NCBI GenBank assembly: GCA_020536535.1
Contig: JAHLWZ010000810.1
Location: 62,001-126,000 of the forward strand
DNA length: 64,000 nt
From: Pelomyxa schiedti
Taxonomy: Eukaryota > Protista > Evosea
Direction of reading: 5' to 3'
A program made the translations under genes and the position numbers. Below are positions 1 to 13,370 of the stretch, one piece after another. The notes under the pieces were generated by a model. The model did not search any database. It was given only the letters and a program-made list of their open reading frames with translations, and had not been told where the DNA came from. Positions within the stretch are counted from its first letter, which is position 1. Each line of letters begins with the position of its first letter.

Positions 1-3000
1 TTCACTCAAGGGTACCAAGGTATGCAACCAAGTAGATAGAAAGATTTCAGCAGGACAATCCTAAATATTGTAACTTTTAATTGTAAGATATGGTGACCTT
101 AACCTTAGCAGCAACACCTAGCGACTTTTTAGCAAACTCTCGTAGTAAAGAAATGTCAGTTCCTGAAGACCGTAGATCAAAAAAAGCTACTATCCATGGA
201 ACGGAAGACTGTAACACTGTCTGACAAAGAGACACAAGAATTAATGTGTGCTCCATGTTGGTTTTCTCTAGGCCTGAATTGTTGTTATTCCACAAGACAT
301 ACTAAGGCCTACCCAATATTATTTCACACAAATAGCATAGAAGCCAGACAGCCATAGGCACTTTATCTCTTGTTGGAAAAGAATCCATCCACCTGATTAC
401 GTCACCAAACTAACTTGCAAGAATTAGTAGTTAGAAGTGAACATTGGTGGTACCCTTAGCGACATCTTGGTAAAGAGGCCAGAAATAAAGGACTCTTTTT
501 TGGAATAAGTTGGGATTAAGGTATATGGGTGTTATTCACCAGTATGTTTTGTGTGCTTGAGCCCAGCACACTGGAAGTGTGAATGTGAAAGGAATTTTAT
601 TGATGTATGCACTTCTTGAAATGTCAAAAGAACAAGCCGCATATATATCATGCCAAAAGGAACGTGTTTACTAGCGCCACATTGAATTTGGATGTACAGC
701 ATTTGAGGGCTCCACCACTTGTCTAATGTGGAAAGGAGGGTAATTACAAGCCTTCCTTCATCCCAGACTGCTATTTCATCAAGATGTGTCCTTTATGAAT
801 TGGACAGGCTAAAATAACAGAGGTACAAACCATAATGCTTGCCCAGTCAGGGGGTCGAGTTTTTGGCTGGCTATTCTTTCTATAACGCCAGCTACGTTAA
901 CAACGTTGTTGTGGAGCTGTTCGTTGGTATGAACCATGTCCGAAACGAGCTTCAGCATTTGTTCAAGCAACATTCGTAGTAAGGCATTCCACCTGCTTGA
1001 ATTACCGTTTTGCTTAGACTCCCAAAGTGCAATGGTGGTCTCAACTTGTTGCCAGCCATTTTTCATAAGCATAGATTGCCTAGACTTTTTTAGTAACTAA
1101 AAGGGCCCACAAATTACCCCAACCTTAAGATGACAGCGAGTAGTTGTAAAGTATACTGTATTGTGAGGTTGCAGGCCTCCCGCATATCACTTTCCAGTGG
1201 GATGGAGCCTAATCTCTCCTGAAGTTGCCAAACAATTTCAAGCACATGTTCCTTGGGTCTTTTGCATTAACGCTTCAAGTGGAGGAAGTACCTGCCAATA
1301 CCCTACAAGGAGAATTGCTTCAGAAAAATCCCCTTGATTGGAACGGGTGACTGCAATGAGGTGTTGAAGAATCTATATTGAAAAAGTTGCAGTAAAGAAA
1401 ATACAACAGATTGAAAAAAAAATTACCTGGTTTATTGCAGATATGTTCATGGCATTATATTCCTGAATGGTACCCACCTTTTTCACTTCTTGGGAAAGAA
1501 GAGAAAATACAATTTGCACAACATCTGCATTTTGGACAGAAATACAGCCTTCCTCAAGGTCTAACAGAATAGACCTGTGAATACAGTTACCCCAAAGGAT
1601 AGAATGCAAGAAATCACCTTTTGGATAAATCTTCGGTAAAAGTATCGGTCATATGCTCTACCAGAACATGGTAGATTGGCAGGGTGAAATTATAAGAACC
1701 TTGATAAATGTCAGTCTACAAGCATATAAACCATCGAGCACACTTAGTGCTTCAATGATGAAGTGGTGCCCAAAGTCACTAAGAAATTTCTGTTTTTGGC
1801 GAGGAGAAATCCCTTTAAAATACATCCCAATTACTCTCAAGGCACTAGACTTCTGGTCAGTTGTGGTTTTTTAGAATTGCCTTACTGGAGTCTAAGAGAT
1901 TCCTTTGGCTTCATGAGGAGTGAGTACAGCACATGAACTACCATAAGATCCTCCAGGTGTTGCAAAAACATTTTTGGAGGGTTTGCCACTGTGTGCTGTA
2001 GCACAACAAGTACATCCTCAAGTTCATCACACTCCGTAGTTACAGTGAAATAATGTAGTAGAATAGCAACCTACCGTGTATATGTGTATATTAAATGTGG
2101 GTTGTTGAGTACGACCTCTTCTTTGGTTATGTCCTCTTGGGTTAAAAGGGATTTAAGGATTGTGCAGAGGAGTGAACGTAGGGATTGTATTTCTTCCCTG
2201 AGAGAAAGTTGTGTTTTGGTTGTTTGGCAAATGGCAGGGAATAACCTGGATAGATCTGCAAAAAGCCAAAGTCGAACTTGAGTTCCCTGTGAGGCTTCCA
2301 TTGCACTGGGGTTTACTGGCGAAATTGAATAGTAGTATCTCAGTACTTGTAATACAGCACCGATACCAAAAATCTTGCGGAAGTACTTACAGTGATATGA
2401 GAATCAAATAGACAACAGTAACAAAAACCTGTGGTTGTGCGTAGACTTGCGCTTGAACTTGAGCCAGATGTAATTGCTGCAAAGAAAATTCAGCAGCTCT
2501 CCAGATACCAAAGTTCAGCAGCAAATAGGAATAGGAGTGTCGTTGAAGCTTTTCTGTGAGTAGATGAAGACAAGTCTTAACTTGCTGCTGCGTACCACCA
2601 CAACGAGATACAGACTCTACAAGCTCCAGTAGCCCTTCCAGAAACTCTTGGCTAAAAAATGTTCTTGGGACATTTTCAAGCAAGGAAACACCAAGTATTC
2701 GTAGCATGTCAGTACTCTGTGCCTCTATGGATGCAGCCTCAGAAACTTTAAGTGCTATACCTAATCTACTACTTAGGTTGGTAGTGTGTGTTAGAGTAAG
2801 TACCCAAAAGTTTAAGGGCAAGTGATAGACAATGAGGACCATATGCTCCAACAGTATCTGGATGAAAAAGTGGGAGTAAAACCTATCAGAAAATGAGTCT
2901 AAGAAAAAACATTGGAAATAACCTTCACTCCTGCAGCTGAATGTAAACTATAAACCAAATGCTCACCAAACACACATTCAGAACCCTCCTGCAGTGTAGC

Positions 3001-4841
3001 TCTTGTTTTAAGGTGAGGTTTTTTTCTTTGAGCCTGCCAAAAAACTTTGGCTGTTTTCCCGTCAGGGGAGACTTCTTCAGTGACATTATAGCAATGCCTA
3101 CCTATGCACGCCTAAGGAAGGGATGAGAGTCTGTACGTGGTAGTGGTGCCACACATAGGGAGAGAAACAAAACAGGACAATCAAATTGCTGGTACCAGTA
3201 AGACCACTGGATGGAAGTCAATTTATGAACAAGTAAAGTTAGGTGTACCTTAGGGAAGAGTTACTTATACAGAAGTCAGGCCCTTTTTTGTAAAGAGAAG
3301 AAACAAGATGAGGAGCCACAACTCCCTGTAGCATCGCAACAGTAGAGAGCTTGCCAACCAAGGACATGTTGCCTTGGGGTTGGAAAACTCCATTGACAAA
3401 TTCACCACCATGACCAAGGCCATGGAATCGAAACTTTAAGGAAATTAGGTATAAAACTGTGACAGGCAACTCAAACCTGCTCACCGGCTGAGGGAAATTT
3501 ATGTGCTGTGCTATAGACAAGATCACCATTGATAAAAAACTGAAGCTCAGCACTGAAGAAGTTGGACCAGTTTGGTTGTGAATGGCAAAGGGTGATATGG
3601 TACCACCTACAACATGTGGAAGTAGAGAAAAAAAGGGAGGTGGGCCTAACATTTTCTCTTGAAAGGGAAAAGGGCATGCCACAATGTTGTTTGTATTTGC
3701 CCTGAAGCAAAGATTATCTGGTGTCATAAAAAGCTCTACCCCTGAGTTATTTGGTGCCAAAAAACTACTTGATTTAGTACGGTTCAATGGACAAGAAAAA
3801 ACCATACCAAATGAGGCGTGGAGACAATGATTGGAACTGGTCAACCCAGACCCATACTGAGAATGCGTAGGATTGAAGTATATCCACTGGCCCACACTCA
3901 ATATCAATGCCCTTATTTTTGCTATGTCAGAAAACCAGAGGCACAACAGGGAACAACTGAGTTGTCTCCAGTGAGTAAAAAGAACCTCTCTGGATCCCCT
4001 CGTTGAGCCATTTGTATCATAGTGTCAAGTAAATTTGCTCTCTGTTGCAGTGGTAGACTTGGGAGGGAGATTCAATTACGAGGTTGTATGGCATATAACA
4101 GACCTGGGGGGGTCTGTGCTGTGGTTGACCGGGGAACAAAGCATTTTTAGAAAGATTTTCACTTCATAAGCAGCAAAGTGATGAGAGCCAACAATACATA
4201 TTAATTCCAAAATTTGGTCTATGGGACTAAAATTAGAATACATCATCCCTATTGTGTGTGTACCAAAAATGTGATAATCACAAACTCGAGCTAAAGAAAT
4301 GACCAACTTCCTAGTCCAACCAACCTCACAACAAAGTGGCACACAAAAGGGAGTAGCCCTCAAGAAAGTAAGCATTCCTTCCAAGATACATGCCTCAATC
4401 CCAAACATAAGTGAAGGGGAAGAAAGAAAAAAGAAAAACCTGGTCATCAGCACCCAGTGAAGCGAAAGTGGCACCAAACAAATGTGATATCATCCAAGCC
4501 ACTCTCAGCACCCTGCCCACAACAGTCCCTCTTTCTATGCCAGGTTTCTCGACGTCACTCGCAGCAGAGTCCCGTGCCTCTTCGTTTTCGTTTTGGTTTC
4601 TGTATTCATCTTCGTCCTCATCCTCCTCCTCCTCCTCCTCACCGTGGTCTTTGCCGTCGCTACGGCCGCTTTCGGCCCCATAATGCAAATCCAAGCTAAA
4701 GTCCATGTCACTTAAGAACGAGGAGGGCAGAGGTTGGTGTGCATTGACATCCTCCCCACACGACGCAGTAGTGGCCGTCACACTGCCCACAACACGTCTA
4801 ACCAGGTCCAAAAGTGGTGAGGGTCTGTCCGGCGTATCCAT
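1..4841 (-). CDS. Neurobeachin/LRBA/NBEAL-like BEACH-family protein, N-terminal part (ConA-like and DUF4704-like regions); multi-exon, runs off the window edge
   Basis: ATG at 4841 (MDTPDRPSPLL...). Exon text includes 'GPPPFFSL', 'FFINGDLV' and 'WIYFNP', followed by long helical exons, matching the N-terminal layout of neurobeachin-type proteins. The BEACH domain itself would lie outside the window. Confidence 0.6.
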
Positions 4842-5275
4842 CGTTTTTTTCCACAATTTTTTTTTCTTTTTTCGTTGGTTGTTTGGTCCTTTTACGCGAC
4901 AGACTGAGTCCCAGGTATGGTGATACAGTATTTGCACCTGTATCTAATGAAGGGAAAGAAGACTGTGTTGTTTCTGGTTTCGGCCTTCAGACCAGCCGGA
5001 GGACCAACTTGGTAGGCCGGAACTCTCAGGTCTTTTCCATTATGCCTTGGGGGTTGTTTCCTGGAAAGTAGAATCAAACCCCCACAACAACCCTTTGCTT
5101 TGCTGTCAAAAACACTCCAGGGGAAGAAAAAAAGTGTGGGGGTAAACGATGAACTTTTCCAGAAAAACCAATAAAAATATAAATCGTCACCGCCACAAGG
5201 AGAAAAAAAAATAAAATAACAAAAACCCCACCAGACACGTAGACGCGGAAGTACATAAACAAAGAGCAAGACGAC

Positions 5276-6223
5276 ATGAACCCCGAATAGTGCGCAACAA
5301 CCTTAGCCCCTTTTTTTTTTTTGTTTTTTTACACTTTACTTTTTTTTTTTTGTTTTTGCTTTTGTTTTTTGTTGCTTATACGATACAGCGATTACCTCTT
5401 TAAATTGTTGCTCATTGGAGACTCGGGTGTTGGCAAAAGTAACACACCATAGCTTATTTCTTATTTTGTGACATCGCACCTCAGGTTGCCTTCTGTTGCG
5501 ATTTGCCGACGACACCTACACGGAGAGTTACATCAGCACAATCGGAGTAGACTTCAAAATTAGGACAATTGAACTTGACTCGAAGACCATTAAGCTTCAA
5601 ATTGTGCGCCCAATTTATCATTGCCATTCTATTTACTTACTTGGTTCCACAGTGGGATACTGCGGGACAAGAACGGTTTAGAACTATTACCAGTTCTTGT
5701 ATGCCTCACCTTTACACTGGTTTTCCAAATTGACGAATTTATTCTTCACTAGATTACCGAGGAGCGCACGGAATTATAATTGTGTACGATATTACCGACG
5801 CAGTGTCTTTCAACAACGTAAGACAGTGGCTGCAAGAAATCGAAAGATACGCGTGCGAGAACGTAAATAAACTCATGGTTGGCAACAAGGTATATCATAT
5901 TTGTGTTTCACCACAACTTAACCTTATTAAAGAGTGACCTCACAACAAAACGAGCCGTGGAATACAACACAGCTAAAGAGTTTGCGGATGGCCTTGGCAT
6001 CACATTCTTGTAAGTTAACATGAGCCCTCAGGGTCTTTTTACTTACTTTATTCTTAGAGAGACATCAGCCAAGAACTCTACGAATGTGGAACAGGCTTTC
6101 CTGAAGATGGCTGCTGAGATTAAGGGAAGGATTGGAAGTGTTGCACCACAAACAAACAAACCTCTTGTTGTCAAGCGAGATGCCAGGCAGGTGGAGGCCA
6201 AGAAGGGCTGCTGTAGCTCATAA
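5276..6223 (+). CDS. RAB1: Rab1 small GTPase (7 exons)
   Basis: Spliced product [49 protein letters not shown]...[22 protein letters not shown]...GNKSDL...ETSAK...KKGCCSS. All six introns are GT-AG. Confidence 0.97.
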
Positions 6224-6406
6224 TTTTTTTTTTTAATATAAAAAAAAACCTGTTGTTTTTTTTAATCACCCTTGCCCTCTGGGTTTGTAAGTATATCTCC
6301 GTAGTGTGAATCTACAGAATTGACTGTGATCAGAAAAGAATTTCCGGGAAGCGTCGTTTAGCAAAACAACCTTCAGCCCCTCAGAAACACGAGGAGGCAT
6401 TAGGGA

Positions 6407-9400
6407 ATGGGGGATTTGGAATACGACGTGCTGTCCCTTCTGCAGGACGAAGACGTCGTCCCACAATCCGCACCCGTGCCCGCGCCCCTTCAACCGTCAC
6501 CGGCGACGCAACCACGAGAGGCCCAGATCCCGACACCAACCCCTGCGAATCAAAACCAGCCGCCGTCGTCATCAATTTCCACCTCTTTCTCTGGTCTTTC
6601 TCCATCCCCTTGTTTTTCCCCCTCGGTCACCGCGTGCAATTCTGCCGCTGCCAACGGGGCTTCCCCGTCCCAGACCCATAATTGCTCCCTGACTCCGCCC
6701 CTTGGTGATCACCAGGGCAGCGAATCTCCCGCGCCGACTGTTCCTGAAACATTGAATTCCAATTCTCAGCAGAGGCTCGTTGATTACTTCTTGGTCATAA
6801 AACCAACCAAAGAGAGGTTTATTTCAGATGTGCAAGCTCCTCCTTGCACTGACAAAAAAACTCCCTCAGTCAAACCAGTTTCAACATCAGTCCCTATTAA
6901 GGGTGGTCCTGTGAGGGCCTATGTAGATACTGCCAATAATTCACTGTGGTCTTCTTCTTCACCTCAAATCAACCACTTACCTCGTGAAACACCCACTCGC
7001 TCTTCTGCGTTGATGACTGAATCCCAGAGTTCACTCTTGTCTTCAGCGACATCCTCTGCTCTGTCATGCTCTCCACCTCTGCAGCAGTATGATTGCAGAT
7101 ATCTTCTATGTATTGACTGCATTTAGTGAACGAGAGATTATGTCTACACGTGTAAGGTCATTCAGTGTGGCTTCTACTCCCGCTGAGTTACTGTCCGTTG
7201 CACCTACCGAAACTGAGTACGAAAGTGAACCAAATGTTGTTGATAGTGAAAGCAACCTTGGTCCCTTCAAAGTTTGATTTTCCAATATTATCTGGTTGAA
7301 CTCAATTAAAACTAGGCTGAAATAGTTGACAGAATTCCCTCCAAGGATTACTTGAAGTCTCCTGTTCCTCCTTTCATATGGATGGTAGGCAAGGGTGGGA
7401 ATTCTCAATTCACAGCATGAATATGACTGAAATTTACATATAGTTATGTTTCCCCAATGGTGCAAGCCTTGCAATGGAGCCCCAGGCACCCAAGTTTTTC
7501 ACTTTTGTTGTTACTGAAGTAGATGGGAGTCGCTATTTTGGATCTGCGCTTGTGGTATCATTGCAGCTGCCCTTTTAGTTGTCTCCCAAGTGCACAGGTG
7601 TACCAACCGAATGAGGCCGATATTGAGCTTGATGAATTACTTGGAGATTCGCCAGTTGAAATTGTATTCTCCCTTCTACAATCTTTCTGATATCGACCAG
7701 CTTTTTTCTCCCGTGTGCCTGTGTATATTGTCAAGATATGCGTTCTACAGCACCTTTAAGCAGTTCCTGGTGGCAACATATAAAGTACAAATGTATATTT
7801 TATTCTATGTTCTCATATTTTATCCTCAAGGTCTCACGAATGGTTTTCAACGTGAATATCGTTTCGAACTTTATTCACCAACTTGTTGAGAGTGTTCCAC
7901 TACCCCCAGGTTAATAAGTGCATATTTTCCTCCTGGAGTCATTGAGCTCTTGTAGAGGGTTACATGCTTCGGATTTCTTTGCTGGGGAATACTTGTGATA
8001 TTAAAAGGCCCAAACTTGATGATTTTCCTCTTGTGGAAGTGAGAGTTCTTTTCTCCTTGGCAGTCTAACAACAAAAAAAAGGTACCATTTCGTTACCTCT
8101 TTGACTGCATAGGGATTGAAGCTGTTATTTCCCTTGTCGTGGCGGTCTTGGAAGAAAAACGAATTCTTTTTCTTTCAAGTCTTCACGGTCTCCTGACAAT
8201 AGGTAAATTACATATTTCTTTGCTTTCAATTCACTCTTCATCTATTCACTATCAGCCTGTGAAACTCTTATTTCCCTGTTGTACCCTTTTAGACACCTTC
8301 ATGTTTTCCTTGCAGTACTTAAAATCTCTCTCCAACCTACTGACAGGTGTACATACCAACTCTGAATAGCAGCCTTCATGACTACCTGCAGGCTCCAACA
8401 CCATATATAATTGGCATGACAACACAGGGGAATATTGACTCAGTATTGGAGGAATTATCTGATGTAGATTCCCATTTAGGACTTCATTTGAAGAGTAAGC
8501 AACCCACAAGGTGATAATAGTCAATCTTGACACTGGCCATGTCACCCACAAGGATTGCCCTGGTTCTCCAGTGACTAAATCCTCCTTATCACCTGAACCG
8601 GCTAGAATTCTTGCACACAAGATTCGTGCCGTGTTATACCCACACATTGCTAACCTTGATAACGCTTTTGATACTGTATCACATCATTTCTTGTTCTTTT
8701 CTAAGGTGGACCAGGACAGTGTGCCATCTTGGGTTCTTGGAACAAGATCAACTGGCAAAAAAGTAAGTGAAGACGTTCAAATACGCCTAGTGTGGCTCGA
8801 TTTTTTTGTTTCTATGCTCTATCAGTTCAGATACAATTTAAGAATACTCAGGTTCAAACAGTCCTTCCATTTTTCCTTATTCAAAAGCTCCAAAAGGAAA
8901 TACCCCAAGCCAGTATATAGTTTTGACAAATCTCAGTTTATTCGAGCACAGCCATCACCTTTACAGGTATCTCCTAAGTCTGTAATGATATTCTATAACT
9001 TCTTTTCAGGATTTTGCCAAAACAATCGTTGATACACCAGCATTTACTGATATGATGGACACTCACATCCTACATAATAGGAGCATGTTTGATTTGGCAA
9101 TTTTTCACTATTCCCAGCATCACAGTTGCATATTAGTCTCCCAATAAATAACACAAATTTGCGTTAATACATTCCTCTCACCTACAAAAAAGGCCTTGAA
9201 CAGTTAATGTATCAAGCTGAAACCCCACCAGTTATTACTCTTGACATCGAGCAGCTTTCAATAGAACCCTGTGGTATCACTTAACATAAATAACATTTCT
9301 GTCTTAATTGGCCTTGCAGACACAGGGCAGTATAACGCATTTCCGATTTTACAACCATTGATTCCCTCTGACCAGCGTTCACCTCTGAAAACAGTGCCTG

Positions 9401-12400
9401 CTTTTTCACCTCTCATGGAAGTGACTCCTGCAAACTACTTCCAGGTTAGAAAGAAAAAGGAAGGCCACATTCAAAGAGATGAAGATATTTCACAGGATTT
9501 TGCGTTTATGGAGCGTGACGAAATGATGCCGAACTTCCAAAAAAACAAAGCACTTGTGGAGCCCTATATTAAAACTCTTTTTCTCCCTGATCAAACTAAA
9601 GTGTTCGTTTCATTTCTCCTTTTGGTTTAATATTAACAAATAAAAATGTAGACGTGAGCAGGCTCCTTTTTCTGTTCTCAATGGCAGCATCTCAGGCGTT
9701 CTTGCCTTCACCAGTGTTTTAGTTTCCTACACACAAATGCACCAGCAAAAGCATAATGATTTACGCCTCTCCAACTCTGAGTTCGATGTACTCTCCACAT
9801 TGTTGTTGATGTGCCTAAGTGTTTCGACCAACAGCTCTGATTTCAGGTTACTAATGAATGGGCCTACTATGTTTGACTTGGAAATTCTTATTTACGCAGG
9901 GCCCCTGCGCACCTTGTTGGGATTGTTACAGCTTTCTATCACAAAGTTGATTCTGCACAAGAATGTTTGGCAGTGTGTTCCTAATCACAGTGGCAGCAGT
10001 CATTAACTTGTTTCTAGTACCGACTTGGGAATGCCCCAATTTGGAAATCTGAAGAATTTTGGGATTTCTATTTTGCTTGTACTGGGTGAGTTCTGCTGTT
10101 GTTGGCTAACGAGCTTAACAGATAAAGTCCATGATAGCCGGAGTACACTTGATGTGACATATAACAATCACATAAACGATTGGAACACTTTTTCCTCAAC
10201 AACACAGCTCTTAATATCCCAAAAAGAGGAAGATGTGATAATGCACACATTGGGGTCTCTAAGTATCATAAATGTCTTTTCTCCTAGCATTATTTGATTT
10301 GTTAATAGTATTTCTGATGCTGTCCCTGGGAGTAGACGCCACTACAACAAAGTCGTTTGTCAACAAAGTTGTTGATCAGTGCTCTCTTCAATCTGACAAG
10401 CACGATCAAATGCTTGTTCTCATCAAGAATTTGTATTTCCTCCAACATCAATTGATCTTTAACATTACGTAAGAGCCAAAGCTCATGAAGAATCCATAAC
10501 ACAGCTGCAAGCCATTAAATCCAAGGTTCCATTATAATGCGTTTAAAAAAAAAACTGTTAACATTATGAAGATGAAAAAATTTGATGCTCCCCCACCAGG
10601 GAAATCCAAAGATGATTCCTCAAAATTACCTATTAAACAACCTCCTTTAATGCCACCACCCACTTCAATCCCTGATAAAGAAGGAATGGGGTTAGGTGTG
10701 ATTGGTCCAGAGAAAAAAGACGGGTTTAATATTACAACCCTACAAGGTAGATATCCATCACCCATGGCATAGTCTCACCTTTTGTAGGCGGAATTGGCCC
10801 AATCTCCTGCACATCCATGCACGGACCTATACTTCTTAGTGGGAGCACACTTGGTCCTGTGAGTTTGTGGGATACAGAGTCCCTACAGTTTATAAGCAAA
10901 TTAACTGGACATACTGCTGAGGTACTAACAATGAAGAGAGCACTAACTCATTGATTTTAGGTTAGTTCTGTACACTTCGGGTCCAACATTGTAAGCTCTT
11001 CATATGATAGCACCCTTAGGGTATCTCTTATTATGTGAAACTCATTTTTTTATGTTGTTATTTTAGGTGTGGGATCCAAGCAACCATAAATGTATTACAG
11101 AACTTAAGGGTCACACAGGCCCAATTTACTCTTCCCTGTTGCATCGTAGTTCTGCGATTATAAGGTATGCCATTATCACCTGTCAACTGGAAACAACGAC
11201 CGTGTTAGTGGTGGAGCAGATAGACTAGTTCGTCTGTGGGATACTCGAGTGGCAAATTCAGTGAGCTCTCTTATTGGTCACAGAGGTCCGATTAGAACTC
11301 TCACTGATTCCACGCTCGATGCTCCTTCCTCAATAATTGTATCAGCTGGTGAAGATAATATCATCAAGGTTGTGGTGAAGGGTCTTGCCTTTATAAACTC
11401 AAAACCAGGTCTGGGATCTCAAAAAAATGGACTGCCTGTATACACTTGAGGGACACACAAATTTTATAACGCAAGTTCTTTTTGATTCTAAGACGATCAT
11501 CAGTGCCAGTTACGATTGTACACTGAAGGTAGTTTCTCCAAAATCTTTTTATGGTACTGACATCATTGGGGTTACTAGTGTTGGGACATGAAAGACTCTG
11601 GAAGATGTACTCGTAGTTTAGTGGGTCACCAAGGAAGTGTTAACTGCTTTGCTATTGACAAATCATCATCTAAAATTGTTTCTGGATCTGGTGACAACAT
11701 GATTCGAGTGTGGGATCATGACTCAGCAAATTGTTGTGCTGTACTACGAGGACACTCTGCTGAAGTAACATGTCTGGCTTGTGTTGATGGATGGTATGCC
11801 TACCCATGAATACTTGTCAAGGGATGTCTCACAATGTTTAGGGTAGTATCCGGAAGTGAAGATAAGACTGTGAGAATGTGGACACTCAATGGTGATTGTG
11901 TAAAATTGCTTAGAGGTCATGATGATTCAGTATGTGACATAACAACTAACTATCTATATTTTTTGTACTCTTTACATATTTGTTTCATGCCAACAGCTCA
12001 CAAGTATATACGCACAAAGTAAACTACGCATCATTTCTACTTCCCGAGATTCCACTGCCAGAATTTGGTCCATAACACCTCCCCAGCCTCCGACGACCAC
12101 AGGCTCTACTTTTGTTCTTGGGCACAGGAAATATGCTGCATCAGTGGATAACAGTCATTTCTCCCAATTAAAGAGTTCCAGTCCTGTCAATACTAAGTAC
12201 AAGATCAAACAAAGTGAATGGTAGTAACCCATTCTCAGGATGTCAATTCCATTGAAGCCTGCTGCTCCAGCACCAACTCCCACTAAATCGGGGTTGCCAA
12301 TGATGCTTCATCATAGGACGCTCAGTGGTGACTCGACAAAGTCCTCTGGCCCGTCACCCTTCCACACAACACCCATAATCATCACCCCATCACAATCTGT

Positions 12401-13130
12401 ACAAGCACCCACGCCATCAGTCACAATATCCACTGCCGACTCCACTCCTTCACCTACTCCATCTCCAACTTCCTCACCAACACTCCCTCCAATCCCTCCA
12501 CCGTCACAATTGCCATCTGGGTCCCAATTCTTATCCCCATCAGCAGCTCACATTATGCCCCCAGCAGCAGCTCCATCATTGGACTCTCCCCAGCAACAGC
12601 ATCAGCAGCATCAACAGCAGTTACTACCCCCACTTCCCCTTTTACCCTCATCAACCTCAGGTACTAACCTCACAACCACAAATGCAGTAACCCCTCCTCC
12701 TTCAACACAGACACTCACACCCCCCACATCCCTCTCAGGATCCTCATCATTTTTCTCCAAATTCACGAAAAAGAAGCAACCGGCCCCACCAAGCACCCCA
12801 TCGCATACAACGACAGCACACACACCCACATATACACACACACCACCCGATTCCACCCCAATTAAACAGCAACCACAGCACACACCCAGTGAATCACAAC
12901 CATTACAACCAGAATCCACCATTACAGTTGTTCCCAATGTACAACAACAGATTCCGCATTCAGACTCACCAATCACAACAACAGCTACACCCCCAATACA
13001 ACATTCGCACCGGAGACAGCAACCGCAGCACCCACTGCCACCAACTCCACAGAGAACTGATTCAACTAGTCCCACCCCAGCAGATAAGGATAACAACAGA
13101 GTACCAAGCCCGTCACCCAACAAACCATAA
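6407..13130 (+). CDS. DENN-domain (Rab GEF) protein with C-terminal WD40 repeats and a Pro/Thr/Gln-rich tail (SCD1/DENND3-like architecture)
   Basis: DENN motifs: 'RLVDYFLVI', 'FFTFVVTEVDGSRYFG', 'PVCLCILSRY', 'AVLEEKRILFLS', 'YLQAPTPYIIG', 'IVNLD'. Several GH...WD repeats at about 10800-12070. Low-complexity tail at 12240-13130. Confidence 0.85.
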
Positions 13131-13370
13131 ACGAATTGCTAAAAAAAAAAAAAAAAAGAAAATCAAAAGCAATCACAAAGACCCAAGTGCTCACTGCTCC
13201 AAAATACCAGGAAGCTACAACGCTTCTTGCGGGAATGTCTCAACTCATTACACCTCCCACTGTCCGGAAAGCAGCTGGAGGACAGAAGTCCTGAATACTA
13301 ACACCGAGAAGAGACTACTACCCCTCAGCTCGTGCGGTTCGCATAAGTCGTAGTTCGGCCGTTAGTTGGA

